A stretch of 64,000 nucleotides of DNA from Paraspadella gotoi (Eukaryota > Animalia > Chaetognatha): the NCBI GenBank assembly GCA_051294375.1, contig CM119269.1, positions 6,035,531 through 6,099,530 on the forward strand, in the 5' to 3' direction. This document shows, in pieces, positions 62,381-64,000 of the stretch. The stretch's first letter is position 1, and each line of letters opens with the position of its first letter. A model generated the notes under the pieces. That model did not search any database and had not been told where the DNA came from. It was given only the letters and a program-made list of their open reading frames with translations. The position numbers were made by a program, and so were the translations under genes.

Positions 62381-64000
62381 CAGGAGCGAGAGAGAGAGAG
62401 ATTGTAGAATGGGGTGGAGAAGTACGAGAGAGAGCAGAGAGAGAGCAGACAGCGATGAGAGAAGAGAGAGAGAGAAGAGAGAGACGAGAGAGGAGAGAGA
62501 GAGAGAGAGCAGAGAGAGAAACGAGAGACGCAGAGAGAGAGGCAGAGAGAGGGTAAATTAAGATTTAATTTCGTTACTAAATTTTTGATCCTATTCATAA
62601 TGCAAGTCAAAAAACCAAAATTAAATTAAAAATAAAACCAAATTCGTTTTCCAGTCTTCACTAACCGCTTATATGATATAAAACTACTATTTATATTAAT
62701 TATTAATTATTAATTATATAAATATAATTATTATACATATAACTTTTTAATGATATTTAATATCACGTTTGTATTCTATCAAAAGAGAGTGCGTTTGTTT
62801 TCGCCCCCAATATTGCCTTTCAGTTTAGATTAGACGCAATCATCTTTTTCAAAATAAAAATAAATATGCATGTGATATTTTACCAATGCCTTTACGGAAT
62901 TTACTGCCTTAAAGGGAAAAACAAGTTTGGCAAAAACAATGTCGGATCTGGCCTACGATAATTAATTAATTAATTTGACATTAATTATAATTTATATTCA
63001 GCTTTGTCATCATCGATGTCTTTAAAATTGAGTCACGCCGACAGTTATTAAATGCTTTTGTTTACATTTTATCAAAACAAACAAATATATCCTCTAATTA
63101 TCGAGCCAGGCCGGGCAAAGCCCGCGCTCCTGTCTCGATTTTTTTCGCGTTTTAGCTTTCGCGTCTCGCTTTTTTGCAGATCATGGCCTTCTGAAAAGTG
63201 TGATTATGCATTACAGGGAGTTGAATTTTTCATATAATGGCTTCTAATCATCAAAGGATCTTTTTAAACATTACTCATGTTTCATATCAATATTGTATTG
63301 TTTATTGTTTTTATTACAAAAAACAAAAACTGTATTTAATTATATTGTCGCTCTCTCTCTCTCTCTTTTATCTCCGTCACTGCTTCTCTAAAAAACGATG
63401 TTTCCGAGTCTCTGTTGCTGCCCGTCTGTCCAGCTTTCTATCATATAAGTTAAACTATTCTTACATTTACTGCGCTTCTCTCATCTACTGCTAACTCAGG
63501 TCTCTTGTGTATATATTTTTCTTATTAACTTTGGATTCAACAGTATGTATATTTTGATTTGAGTGAATGCTCCACCTTCGCATTATGATTTACCTACTGC
63601 AAGTGCTATGCAGAGATAGACTTATCAGTACTCATTTATTAATATCCAAATTAGTTATATAGAAACTGCTTAAATCTATTATACAGCTATTGCCAAGTTA
63701 CTCTCATATTGAAGATGAAATTCTCAAAAAAAAAAAATTATGTTAAATCGTTATACTGGCTGCATTTCATAAATTATTATTATACAGAACTGCTTTTAAA
63801 TAAAAATAGGGGGGACAATCAATCATGGAAGAAGCATATTATAGTGTAACTTTTTTGTAATAAGCAGAATGACCAGAAGAAGCCTAAGATTTTCGGGTTT
63901 ACAGTATGATTGGAAAAAATTGTACAACAATGGTAACATTTTTTTTTCCTTTTCTTTATTTCTCTCCTACTCTACTCTCCTCCTCTCCTCCTCTCTCCAT

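Overview
AT-rich, microsatellite-dense eukaryotic DNA, most likely from an invertebrate animal. The organism cannot be named from the sequence. It is a draft assembly with N gaps and indel-rich segments that look like raw long reads. Almost all listed ORFs are artefacts of (AG)n, (GAC)n and (ATG)n repeats, and no protein-coding gene can be named with confidence; there are only a few exon-like islands. Three large blocks (2.7-7.0 kb, 26.5-41.3 kb, 48.5-54.2 kb) are noisy tandem or inverted re-copies and are probably assembly artefacts. The main signal is non-coding: a family of ~250-bp elements with TGTGG...GCCATA ends and 4-bp target-site duplications (22441-22690 +, 24664-24901 -, and 15635-17156 +, the last split by a nested TIR transposon). 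Each carries a circularly permuted (type-P5) twister ribozyme whose stems and pseudoknot covary between copies. Its P1 is reduced to an 8-nt segment that is self-complementary in two copies, and one copy also has tRNA-like Pol III A/B boxes. This resembles a twister-based retrozyme or solo-LTR family. A possible fourth, tRNA-headed relative at 57661-57792 (-) lies between two divergently oriented Penelope-type minimal hammerhead ribozymes (57450-57489 -, 58120-58167 +). Tc1/mariner-type MITEs and a structured 70-bp tandem array (55961-56914) are also present.
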